NCBI GenBank assembly: GCA_032718475.1 | Contig: JAUCBJ010004836.1 | Coordinates: 1 to 46,204 of the forward strand | DNA length: 46,204 nt | Direction of reading: 5' to 3' | Source: Nemertoderma westbladi | Taxonomy: Eukaryota > Animalia > Xenacoelomorpha | Shown here: one piece after another, positions 12,960-24,503 of the stretch | Position numbering within the stretch: position 1 is the stretch's first letter | How the letters are laid out: the number at the start of each line of letters is the position of its first letter | Notes under the pieces: model-generated | Seen by the model: only the letters and a program-made list of their open reading frames with translations | Told to the model about the DNA's origin: nothing | The model's database searches: none | Program-made: the position numbers and the translations under genes

Positions 12960-13772
12960 CTGAAAATGAGAAATATTTACAAATCAAGATGTAAGTTAGA
13001 ATAGAATTACAGTAAGAGTGAGAAAATAGTCAAGAGTGGACTTAACGCCATACAGATAGTGGAGTCTCACATGTCGTTTCACATTTCCCGTTAGGGTTCA
13101 TCCATAAATCAGGTCACGCTGCGGACAGGTCTGCAATATCGTGAGGACTCATTGAGGTTTAACGATATCATTCAATAAATGGGGAAAAATACAACTCTTA
13201 CAATAATGAGAATAGTATTTTTTATTTTTTATTTATTTAGATTATGAATCTGCCAATATGTAGACAATCTTCCATGCTACTAATACCCCACATGTTCAAC
13301 CAGCAATTAAACCGCTAAGAAGGCGGCCACATGACGAGCTCAAGATCATCTGTAAGCCTCAACTTAATCCTCCATTAATTGTTAAATGTACAAACCACAT
13401 AGAAACTCTACAAGCGTATTATATTTTATTCTTTTGTAGCCAGTGGAGGAAATTATACTGTTTACAAACCAGACTCTCTCACTAGTTAGTAACAGCAGGC
13501 CTACAGTCCTACTAAATTCCCAAAAGAACCTAAGTAACAATACAGTCCTACTAAATTCCAAAAAGAACATTATAGAACCCAAAAGAACCACCCAAAAGAA
13601 TCTAAAGTAGCGAATTGTGAGAGTATAATGCAATTAATTGTTATGACATACTTTAACAACTTTACTATGTTTAGTATAATGTATAATATATTTATATACG
13701 TATTCAATTGTTTCTATCCCAACATTATTTACGCGCACCAACCCTATTGTGACTTTTATTATAAACTACCAT

Positions 13773-15003
13773 TGTTTGCGCTTTCAGACCTTTGGCAGTT
13801 TAACCCGCCAAATTAGGATGTCTTCTAGATAATAAATCGCTTTTAGCCTCTGACAAGTATTTGATTCACTACACTAGTTGAAACCAATCTGTGCGCGATC
13901 ATTCACCCGCTGGATATACCCGGGAGATTGACTTCGACGGCTTAATCTTATTGCTATGTAAGCCTAATGTATTATTCGACTGACAGTATTATATAATCTC
14001 TGACAATATTATTCACCTTCGGGGAATATTAACAGTTCCTTTAGGACGTGGCGCTCTATCTATATAAACAGAGTTATGACTTAAACTACATGCAACGATA
14101 TGGCTTAGTTACAATTCACATATATGGCGCATTCTTTAGGAAATGCTTCGTTATCAGTCTCACTCATACACAATGCTGCACAATACAGCACACTGATCTG
14201 CCGATCTTCACTGATTTTAGTCACATATAAAAGGAACACAGACCGACTCATGTAGGGTCTATCAGATAACATTAGATTCACTTCAAACCACTTTAACATA
14301 AGTCACAATCGTTATATGTAACCTGTCTCTCTTACCTTCGGTATATCAAGAATATTGGGTTTTCGGGGTTATTTCTCGTTATTCCAAATATAATATTTCA
14401 TCAACCATATAATGAATAACCGACAGTAAATAGCAGTATAACGTTATAAAAGTATGCACGACAAGACCAGCCAAGCATTGAGTAAGTTGTTAACCATTGA
14501 GTTACCCAGTGTGAATGGTACATGCAGATAACGGATATATGTCCTTATAATTAAGCCTACTAGTGTTAGGCTAAAAGCAGAAAAGCACAAATATTCCAAA
14601 AGCCGTTCTTTCTTGGCTCAGGACTGAATGATAACACTGCCCATAAAGCATTGCGTGATTTCTAGGAAATTTCTGTACAAGAACAGTAAAAACGCTCTGA
14701 TTGGTTGACTGAACTGAGAGGCACCGTAGAACAAAGAAAATCGACACGTATACAGCTCAGCTGTTAACCGTCGTCATAGTAACTACTGTTTCAAGAGGAT
14801 CTAGCTATTTTGCGTTATAGAATTGCCATAGAATCACCAACCATGTCCCCCAAAGTACACATACGGAAGAAATAGCTCTTAGGTCCTCTAAAAAACACCG
14901 ATACAGCAATAATACGGCCTCTTACGCCTACTAAACCAACTACAGAGTATTTTACGGGAAAAATAAGGAAAAATAACCGGGCAATTCCGCAAAAGCTTTT
15001 ACA
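13773..15003 (-). repeat. 3' LTR
   Basis: Same length as 24504-25734; I counted about 9 substitutions by eye. Confidence 0.97.
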
Positions 15004-15011
15004 CCGCTCCC
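15004..15011 (-). other. Short polypurine tract (GGGAGCGG)
   Basis: Purine-rich run abutting the 3' LTR on the coding strand. Confidence 0.55.
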
Positions 15012-15642
15012 AGAAAATGGGATTTTCAGTCTATAAAATATAAAAATCACAGTTTCTAAAACATAAAGATACTCTAAACAGTTAGTTTTTCTTGCGCGGA
15101 CGGCGTTCACGCAGTTTCCCGAGGCCAGCAAGAGTCCTTTTCTCTTTGGGGCGAGCCACTTTACTAGAAAGGCTATAACTCCTGGGTAAAGGGTGCAATA
15201 CAATTGCATTAGAAGGTTTGGGTTTACGGTCGGTGTCTCGTCCATTTCGATATGCTTCTCCTCGAGCTGATTTTCCTCCGCTTGTCATGGGATACGTTCG
15301 TCCAAAACTCTCGCAGAGAATAGGGTTTTCTAAGCTTGATATCTTCTTAGAGATTCGAGATTTCCCAATCGAACTGAGATAAGGCCAATTCGTTTATCGA
15401 TTGGACTTACTGTTAGAACTTACGTTTATCTGAACAAACGCAGGTTTCTTTTTTTGATCTTTATAGAATAGCGTTTAACTCGTTTCGTACAACGCTCTCC
15501 TTCACCTTGATGAAGGGTTGTATCGCGTTAAACGGGGACGACCATACGGTTGGATAGTGATATTAGGTGTCCGCGTCACAATCCGGCTAGGTAAGATGGG
15601 CGGCTAGCTAGAAATCACTGTCGGAGTGTTACCGATTAATTG

Positions 15643-16580
15643 TTAGGGTAGCACTAGATCTTTGAACAGTGAATACAGTCCGCGAGGATCCGCGACACCA
15701 CCAGGATCGCAGGTCTGAGGTCCAACTAAGGAATGAGGAGGTTTGACCGAGTATTCCGGGACTCTGATCGTAGGTTTACTCCAGGATCGTTCGAGCCGAG
15801 TGAGCATAGGTGATACGTCAAACAAGTTTCGCTCGAAACTCCAGTAAATATAACGAGCACAACTGTGTTTAACACAACGTTTCCGTGGATGTTTATGTCT
15901 TTCCGTTTATTGGCTGGGTCTAGGGCATTTATCGTAATAATACCAAAAACGCACGTCTTGTAGGGGAAACGCGAGTGATCTCTCTCCAGCTTACAATATT
16001 CCTCCATCCGTTCGAAGCTATCCGGTACAACAGGTAGCGATCGATCGGCGGTAAGATACATCATAGTGGAATAGAGCCGTTTGAGTTCTACCATGCGGTC
16101 ATGATGTATACCTTGAGGATATCGAGTTTCTAGATTCTGTTGACTGGCAATATTGAGATAGGTCTCTCTTAGGAATTCTAGATAATCGTTGAAGTCGCGA
16201 CGTTTATCAGGTTCTTCAACGTCTTCCCTCTCGAGTCTGTTTCGAATAGAGTTCTCGTGTTCTATTCTCGATTTATCGTTTCGACTCCGCTGGGTATGAT
16301 ATTTAAATAAAACCATTTCCCTTTCGGTGTCTATATCGTCGGTGTCGTGTAAATCAATAGGATGACCAGTAGTCAAGAAGTCCATATACGTACCATTACG
16401 ATGCGTATAGCGAGCGGTGAATTTTCCATAGTCTAATTCACGCGTAAGTTACTTCCAGGAAATCGTAGGTTCGATATAACGACCATCATCCTCCGTAGTA
16501 GTTGGACTAGTATCACCGCGTATCAAGCTATCAACAAACGCTTGAAAGTAGAGTATATCGCTCCCTGATACCAAGACCAT
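15643..16580 (-). pseudogene. Extra ORF of unknown function between pol remnant and 3' LTR
   Basis: The 219-aa ORF 15726-16385 extends in frame to ATG 16580 across a single TAA (16449-16451). Probable frameshifted C-terminus in ORF 15643-15825. Confidence 0.55.
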
Positions 16581-18245
16581 CTTCTATCAACTCCGTCATA
16601 TCTGCTATATATGAGTTTATTAATATTATAATGAGTTTATATTTAGGCTAGCGAGCGTCGCTGCCTACCCCAATCAGCCCCCGGACAGTGCGAGATCCTC
16701 AGCGCCGATGTGTCGTCGCCGCTGTACTTTCGCCAACGACGTAGCCGCACAACGACAACGACAACCGGCACAAGTCACTCGACTGTCTGTCCCAAAGGCT
16801 TAGATACACCTCAGGTTCTTACTGGAGAGTTAGGGTTACTTTCACAATTGCGACTCGCTACTGTAAACACACCTTAGTAGTAACATTCGCCTATAAACTC
16901 ACAAATACCACACACACAACTTGTCACAAATTACACACACTCGGGTCACTTGTCCGTTAGTCAGTGCCTTCCAGAATGTCACGTTATTATCATGTATCCT
17001 TGGATACTAGCAGTGCGCTATTTATTCCCTATGCTATTCAATGGGACAAGCTTTCTATTGTTCTTTTAACTCAATTCTAATTCTAGCGTGGTTGTTGCTA
17101 TGGTGACATTATGCAAAGCTAGCGGTAGAATTAGGGTAATTCCAATGCATACAGATCTGGGATGTTATTTAATAGTAATTCTTTAATGGTCAATGTCCTG
17201 TTTTATACATGGCTTTATGAATTTTATCGGCTATTGACTATGTTTGGGAGACTTTCGCACACTCATACGCATAAGAAGATAAATCTCCGCTCCCTTGATC
17301 TATTAATTAATGGAATTTTGGGAATGTTATAAATTGCGTAAAAATGGCAATTTATTAAATTCATTAAAAGGCATGAATTTAAATTTATTCCCTGAAATTT
17401 TATTATTTGATAATTAAATTGACATGTTTTGATTCTAGAACATGTCTGGGGACACAAGATCCTTAATTCTATGAAAATTGTCTTTTTAAGAATATCGGTA
17501 AATGCTACGATGTCTTAATTGACTAGAATTGTTGAAGGATCTGAATTTTACAGATTTTGATTTATTAGATTTGCAAATATTAAATAATTAATATTTGAGA
17601 TGGGCACCGATTTATTCCAGAACTTGTCTGGGGACGTTAACCACTGATTCTAGAATTTGTCTTTCAAGTATATCGGTGGGTGCCGCGATATCTTAATCGA
17701 CTAGAATTACAGATGGTCAAAAGGTTTAACAGATTTATTTGCGTTTCACGCTACTGTTAGAGGGACATCACGCTACTATATGTATTATTTAATATACGGT
17801 ATGAGAGCAATATCGCACGAAGCAATGTCAGTGTGAAGAGGCAAGTCGTTTCCAAGGTCTACCCAGAGCTTGGTTTAGCCAAGACACGAGGATCTGAACT
17901 TTGCATTCCTAATACTCTGCCTACCAATAATACTTAAATATAGTAGTGGCTTTATTGTACTTTAATAAGTACGGATATTTCATCTTACTGTAGTCACGTA
18001 TTTATAATATGATACGGACAGTAAGGAAAGAGAAAAATAATTATTTCTCGCCGTCGCACTAAATATATAATATACGTAATTAAATAATAAACGCGAATAT
18101 ATATTGCACTAATCTACTAAATAATCTCTAAAATACCATACTACTAAATAAAATTAAATAAAACGATTAAAATAAAATTACATAATAATACATAAAAATA
18201 AAACAAATACAAAATAATAGAGTCACACACCCACTCCATATGTTG

Positions 18246-20774
18246 TTACGTTATGGAGTCCCTAGATGTTTGAAGGATTAGGGAGGTGGTCGTGGGAAGA
18301 GAATCTTGCCTTCCACAGTTTCCGGAGAGTCCTCCATTCCCTTCCGGTAAACACAAACGACCGACTGGGTGATTGAGTCGCTGCATCCCGAATACAATTC
18401 CAGGTTTCCTCTTCGTCCTGGAATAGTGACGATAGAAACATCGCTCTAGGTACACGACGGCCTTACAAAGCCGATTCCAGGAGCTATAGTGGTCCGTCGC
18501 TCCCTGCAGGAGAGGTGAGAGTCCCTGCGAGACGTCTGATGTTCCAGAGCTCCAATCGCTCTCTCTGATCTTCATGAAGGATCCACTCGCGGTGGGGAGG
18601 TCCAGATCCACGGCGTCGTCCCTGGCAATATGTAATACCGACAGATCTATCCCGGGTTCAAATAACTCCGATCCACCCGTCCGGGTTTTAGGTTTGACTT
18701 TCTCCGCTCCCTTGGCTGGTCTAATCTCAGTCGGAGTAAGATGGGGAGTTGCTCCTCTGGAAGCGATGTCAGTTGGATTAAACTTCTTGGGGCAATATCT
18801 CCATTGATCTACATTGGAGCTAATATCGTCATTATCTGAGGAGTATGGTGTTCCCTCAGTTGGGTCGTCTCCCTCACTAGTATCATCTTCCCATTCACTC
18901 ACCTGGCAGACGCGATCTTGAAGCAGTCTTTCTCTGAGCGTTCTTCGGGAAGGTCCAGTAAGGTACCAACCTACTCTAGTTCTTACCGCATAGGTCTGAA
19001 GTGGTTGCGGTTGAGCAGGTCGTTTCTCCAATGTCTCCAGCGCCTCATGCGCGTTTTGACCGATTAATATTTGTACTCCAGGATAATCGGTGTCGAATCT
19101 AGGAATGTTAAGTCGTTGGGCATGATCATCTTCGTCCCAATTATAAGGTTCCACTTGGGTGGTAGCGAAGTTCTTTATTGCCACCATTTTGACTGACCTT
19201 ATACTGTGTTCTCCTAGTTTATCCTGTGGAGTGGACAACTCACCTATATAATAGTCGGCAGCCACAGCATATTTCCAAACCTGCATGATCCCTGACATGT
19301 TTAGCTTGGTTCGGAACTTGGGTTGTCCAGCAAAGATGTCTTCGGCTAGTTCTTTATCGATGAATGTTCCTGTGCTGCCGGAGTCCAGGAGGGCGTTCAC
19401 TATATAGCTCTTCTGAGGTCCGTGGACCCGTAACTGGGCTACAAGAAATTCTCGGATTCCTACATTTGAAGTTGGCGCTTTCCAAGATTGTTGTTGATCT
19501 GAAGTAGTTAGGGTGAGGTCGCTGTCTGTGTCTTTCTCATACATGAGTGCTCGATACACTGCGGTGCTGTTTATTAAGTAACAGGATTCGTTTTGGTCAG
19601 AGAATTCGTCCGTATAGAATCCTTCCATCTCAGAACTTTGGTCAGTGTCGTTCACATCACTGAATTGGACATGTAGTTGTTCGGACTCACTTACCTGACT
19701 CGGGCTGCTTCGTTCGAATTCAGTGTGCAACAAGATATGATGTTTTGCACCGCACTTTGCACACCTTGCGTCGGAGTAACAGGTTCGCCGTTGGTGTCCT
19801 TGTCTGAGGCAATTATAACACAACCGCTTATCCCACATGACTTCCCGTCTCTCTTTTAATGATTTCTTTAAGAATTCATCGCACATATTCAAGCGGTGGG
19901 GCCCGTCGCACAGCACACATTTGGGTTTGATGTTACTTACTTTAACCTGTGCTGTGTGGTGCACACTTGTTCTTTCCTCGGGCTTTCTTACATGAATTCT
20001 CTTGGGAGACGTAGGAGGAGTTTTTCTTACCTGTTCTCTCCTGTCATTGGTTCGAGACTTGAATTTACTTACATGGTCTTTAGGCGTTTTATTGGCATAA
20101 TAAGATCTTTCAGTGTCTTTCCCGCTATCCTCTCCTTGAGAAGTCTGGCTTTCGCCGTCGTCTGTATAACACACTGGTGTTACCCTTCTCCTAGAAACGG
20201 GTTTCTCACTTACCTTGTTTTCCAGTGTCTTCTCTCTGGACTGCCTTTGGAGCTGTAATTTCACTTCTCCATCTAAGAATGACATGAGATCAGACATGGT
20301 AGGGTCTCGTCGTTGTTGTTCCATCATATATAACACCTTCTTGTCCCAGCGTGTACCTACTCCACCCTTGGGCAAAGTAGATGCTAAGGCTCCTACAACC
20401 ATAGAATTCTGGTATTCATGAGACTTACCTAACCAATCTAGTTGTCTACAGATCTCCTGAATCTCATCGGAAAACTCTATAATCCCGCTGCTAAGAAACT
20501 TTCGGGGCGCCATTAATTTTGCATATAAATACCTAGCTATGTTAGTCCTATTACCATACCTGATGTTTAGTGTATCCCAAACTTGTCTTAATCCATCTGG
20601 ATGTCCAATAAATTTTAACGCCATTGACTTGGGAGGTCCTTCCAAGCACTCGATGAGGAATCTAAGTTTCTCTCCATTAGATAGCACAGAGTTCTGTATG
20701 TTATCTTTGTAATATTCATTAAAAGGTAACCATTTCATCTCATCTCCATTGAACTTGACGATCTCTCCCACCAT
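18246..20774 (-). CDS. BEL/Pao Gag capsid (DUF1759-like), triple Zn knuckle, aspartic protease, and remnants of RNase H tail, linker and integrase tail
   Basis: KFNGDEMKW...LEGPPK...LNIRYG; CVLCDGPH, CYNCLRQGH, CAKCGAKHHILLH; LLDSGS; RTRVGWYLTGP; QWRYCPKKFNPTDIASRG; YSSWNRL; HPVGRLCL. Confidence 0.9.
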   Translation of the reverse strand: MVGEIVKFNGDEMKWLPFNEYYKDNIQNSVLSNGEKLRFLIECLEGPPKSMALKFIGHPDGLRQVWDTLNIRYGNRTNIARYLYAKLMAPRKFLSSGIIEFSDEIQEICRQLDWLGKSHEYQNSMVVGALASTLPKGGVGTRWDKKVLYMMEQQRRDPTMSDLMSFLDGEVKLQLQRQSREKTLENKVSEKPVSRRRVTPVCYTDDGESQTSQGEDSGKDTERSYYANKTPKDHVSKFKSRTNDRREQVRKTPPTSPKRIHVRKPEERTSVHHTAQVKVSNIKPKCVLCDGPHRLNMCDEFLKKSLKERREVMWDKRLCYNCLRQGHQRRTCYSDARCAKCGAKHHILLHTEFERSSPSQVSESEQLHVQFSDVNDTDQSSEMEGFYTDEFSDQNESCYLINSTAVYRALMYEKDTDSDLTLTTSDQQQSWKAPTSNVGIREFLVAQLRVHGPQKSYIVNALLDSGSTGTFIDKELAEDIFAGQPKFRTKLNMSGIMQVWKYAVAADYYIGELSTPQDKLGEHSIRSVKMVAIKNFATTQVEPYNWDEDDHAQRLNIPRFDTDYPGVQILIGQNAHEALETLEKRPAQPQPLQTYAVRTRVGWYLTGPSRRTLRERLLQDRVCQVSEWEDDTSEGDDPTEGTPYSSDNDDISSNVDQWRYCPKKFNPTDIASRGATPHLTPTEIRPAKGAEKVKPKTRTGGSELFEPGIDLSVLHIARDDAVDLDLPTASGSFMKIRESDWSSGTSDVSQGLSPLLQGATDHYSSWNRLCKAVVYLERCFYRHYSRTKRKPGIVFGMQRLNHPVGRLCLPEGNGGLSGNCGRQDSLPTTTSLILQTSRDSIT

Positions 20775-22227
20775 CTCTCTAACCTACTTTCCTTTACGGT
20801 TCCCTTTAACTGTTAAACAGTCCCTTCTAACTCTCGGACCTGTTGGGAGGAGCGCACTCGATTCTCCTCCATCTTTTCGAGGAGAATGTCCATCCCCCGC
20901 CGTCTCTCGTCCACCCAATCAACCGCCGAAACGGGATCCGCCAACGTTGTAGCGGGCGGACGAGGGACAACGGGCGACAAATCATGAATATTTCGCTCGG
21001 AGTCCAGGGCATGAACTGTCTCATGGGCTGTTCTGCTGGGCACAGGTAGCTTAGTGCTGTGCAAAGGGAATTGAGAGGTAGGTTCAGGGAGTACAGGTGT
21101 CTCCACGACCGAAAGGGTGGCTTCGGGAACAGGCCTAATTATTTCAGGCTCATCTACTATAGTAGGGAGTCTCTCTATTGTAATTATTTGGTCTGTGGGT
21201 TCTGTACTACCTAAGTTGGTGTTATTTAGTTGCCTTCGAACAGCTGGAGGCAAATCAGGCATTTCTGACGGTGGGATGTTCTTTTACGTCTGCTTAGGTG
21301 AGATCTATTTCCTTTGCCTTCAGTGTCGGTGGTATCGCCTTCCTCAGATGATGTATAACCTTGTCTTTTGGGAGTAGATCGATTCATCATCTGCATATTA
21401 CTAGCTGTTAACTGTTTATTAAAGTTGTCTTGTCTCTCTTGAAGATTTTCCAACTCTAGTTGGGTTGTCTCTTCAGATGCCCTCCGTTCTGCTTCTGCCA
21501 CTGCTATTTTTCTTTCCGCTTCGGCCGCTGCCACTGCCGCTGCTGCTGTCTTTCTATCTTCTATACGTTTTTTCTTTACTTGTTCTTCTTGGACTCTAGT
21601 GATGCGGAGGAGTTCATCAAATTTAGCTTGGTTCGCAGCTAACATTTCCGCATCGATTGCGTCCAGCACAAGCTTGGTTCCTTCACTATTAGGGCTAAGC
21701 CCCTCCAGCCTTCTCCTCAACTCTTCATCTCCTACAAAGCGTTGATAGTCTGACAGATAGATGTCAATAGCATCCCTCTTATGCGGTTTCTCTGCTGTCA
21801 CTTCGCTTTCTTCTTGAGAAAAAGTGGCGTCGGTTGATTCTTCATAGGTTGGCCGCTCATCATAAACCTTATCCGCCATCTTCGCTCCACGTTCGGGCAT
21901 CCGCTCAACAGTATCCGAACTACTGGAGCTATCGGGCCGCTGAAAACTAGGTTCTTGGCTAGGATGTTGCTGCTGTTTGACAGCTGCTTCTTGATCCCGC
22001 TTGACTTGGGCCCGAGTGCCTATGGCAGACCAACGGCGCTTCACTAACTTCGCAAATTGCGAAATCGCTTCTACCAACCTAGGTTCTGACACAACCACTG
22101 CAGGGGTTGCCCTTCTTACAGTATGAGGGGTTTCAGACCTCGGTCTGGGATTCTCTACACTTTGATCTGAGAAACAGGCTGTTGTTTCTAGGAGACTATC
22201 TGACAGAGTTTGCCTTGTGTCAGCCAT
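20775..22227 (-). pseudogene. N-terminal part of gag (coiled-coil, Pro-rich), broken by two frameshifts and a stop
   Basis: ORFs 21226-22227 and 20813-21262 join by restoring one A near 21283. TAA at 20813-20815, then a further 1-nt shift before 20774. Confidence 0.7.
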
Positions 22228-23559
22228 GTTTGATTGTATAGTTGAATGCCTACTGCTATATTACAGTTAAAGCAAGTCTAGTAATTCAGTATCACTGTTA
22301 GCCTAACAATTAATTACCGATACTGCTACTCAGTGTAGCGTGATATATATAATATATTAGAATACCGGTATGCTTATAGTATATATATAAGTATTATTAC
22401 AGACTAGGTTTGTTACAGAATACCGGTATAATTTTAGCACAAATATATAAATATATAATAGGCCTATCGTGAATACCGGTATACAGCCTACTTATAGTAT
22501 ATAAATATAATTCTGGACTAGAATTAATTGCAGAATACCGGTATGATTTCAGCCTAAATTTATAGAAATAAAGATAATAGGCCTATCGTAAATACCGGTA
22601 TGTCAATTATTTTAAATAATTGAATTTCTGAATTTTAAGGGTTACTTGGTTACTTGAACTTACTTTATTACAGTTATTTAAGCAGTAGTCCAACTGATAT
22701 TGAGACCTAATTGTTATATGGCAGGCCTACTATTTATAAATCGTTTGAGTTGATTTATAATATATATATACCCGTTTAATGGGTTTTGTCAATGTTTGAA
22801 ATAAATGTTATTATTTCTGGGGGAGTCACTACACATAAGCTGTGCACTCTCAGTGGAGTGCTACTTGTTAGACACTAAAACAAATAATTCTAATTTACCT
22901 AAGTTACTTAATACTACAAATTACGTACAATTCGGGTTGAGATTACAATCTCTAAATAAACACAAAAATTTAATTACAAATACACAAATACAAATTTTTA
23001 GGGTAATTTTACAAGAAGTCTACTAACCAGCCTAACAAAGGGTTAGAATATCTGGTTATTACAACGGACAGGTTACTACGGTATTTGAGAATAATAAGTA
23101 GTAGTAAATATACTGCGTTGTCCAGATATGAAAATACCACCGCCTGATGACCTATAACCGTATCGCTATAGGTACTACGTTATGTATCACGGAGTGTTCC
23201 TACCCAGAAGTTAATTACCGCGGTCTACCAGAACCAACGTGCCTATTAACTACTTTACAACACAAATACACTGCCTACACACTAATCACCTTCGGAAAGT
23301 ACTGTACACTAAACCCTAAATTAGGTACAAGTACTTGTACAACAAATAATTAGTAGTTAAAAATACTTGAACAGCTAAAAGAACCACGGTATCTGCCGGA
23401 GTGACCAAAGCACAAAATCTCCAGTCTTTACCTACGCCGAGCAGCCCTGATGTAGTACCGGGGTTAGTTTAACTATAACGGTATGTATAACAAACACAAT
23501 TACTGTAGGAATAAACTTGGGGATATGAATGTTGCGAATAATAGCATAAACTCTGAATA

Positions 23560-24130
23560 ATAAATATTACGCTACGCGTACAAACTACTCAAACAAAATG
23601 CAGACCAAATACTGACAGACTACTATCAAGCCTAAACAAACTACGGTATATGCAGACTCCAAAATGATTAGTTAGTATGCGTTCTAACCCAGTAGTATGA
23701 CTTATTCTTTCACAGGGGGTTTACCTCACAGCACTTGAAGCCCCTACTTTCCTAACTTAGCACTTTATCGGACAGATGCTCTACACACACCGAAATTTCC
23801 TCAAACCCAACAACAGCCAGACAACTATCCAGCCTACAAATTATCTAAATAAAATTATACGCTACCCGTACAGACTACACAAACAAAGTACAGACCAAAC
23901 GCTGGCGGACTCCTATCAGGCCTAAATAAACCACAGGACATGCAGACTCCGAAATGGTTAAGTAGTATGCGTTCTAACCCAGTAGTACGACTTATTCTTT
24001 AGATGGGGGTTTACCTTACAGCTATGGCTGCCCCTACTTCCTAACCGTTCTTTATCGGACATACACTCTACATGCACTGCAATCCGTTCAGACCTAATCA
24101 ACAGTTAGCCAACAGTCAAGCCTACAAATT
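23560..24130. repeat. About 290-bp tandem duplication in the element leader
   Basis: tgcagactcc...agtatgcgttctaacccagtagta occurs at about 23651 and 23941. Confidence 0.8.
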
Positions 24131-24491
24131 GTCTGTACAATCTGATCAGGCTTACACGCCTTCTGTTCAATATTGGCCTACAAATAAATAAAACTGACAG
24201 AAATAAGTAAAATCTCAATAAAAAACCAGGGCGGGCCCTCCCTGATTAATTATTAAGGCCTACTGGTATATAATAATCAAAATCGAATAATACTGCTATA
24301 CCTGTACTGGAAGTACCGGTTAGGACAGTTGAACCTACGGGCCTACAGCAGTACTGGTTCAGGCAGTTGGGCCTACAGACCTACAGCAGTACCGGTTCAG
24401 GCAGTTGGGCCTACAGACGTACCGCAGTACCGGTTCAGGTTTACCGGTTGACCGGTACTTTCAACTTTATTGCTTACTGCAATAAAGAAGC

Positions 24492-24503
24492 TATATCCGT
24501 TAT
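24492..24503 (-). promoter_or_regulatory. Non-tRNA primer-binding site candidate, complementary to LTR 25259-25270
   Basis: Plus strand tatatccgttat directly abuts the 5' LTR. Its reverse complement ataacggatata is at 25259-25270 and 14528-14539. Confidence 0.6.

Noticed and set aside
14952-15288. Two short minus-strand ORFs next to the 3' LTR
   Set aside because: Short, overlapping, one runs into the LTR, and no recognisable motif.
20775-21290. Programmed ribosomal frameshifts in gag
   Set aside because: No clear slippery heptamer, there is an in-frame stop as well, and BEL/Pao normally has one ORF. Mutation or assembly error is simpler.
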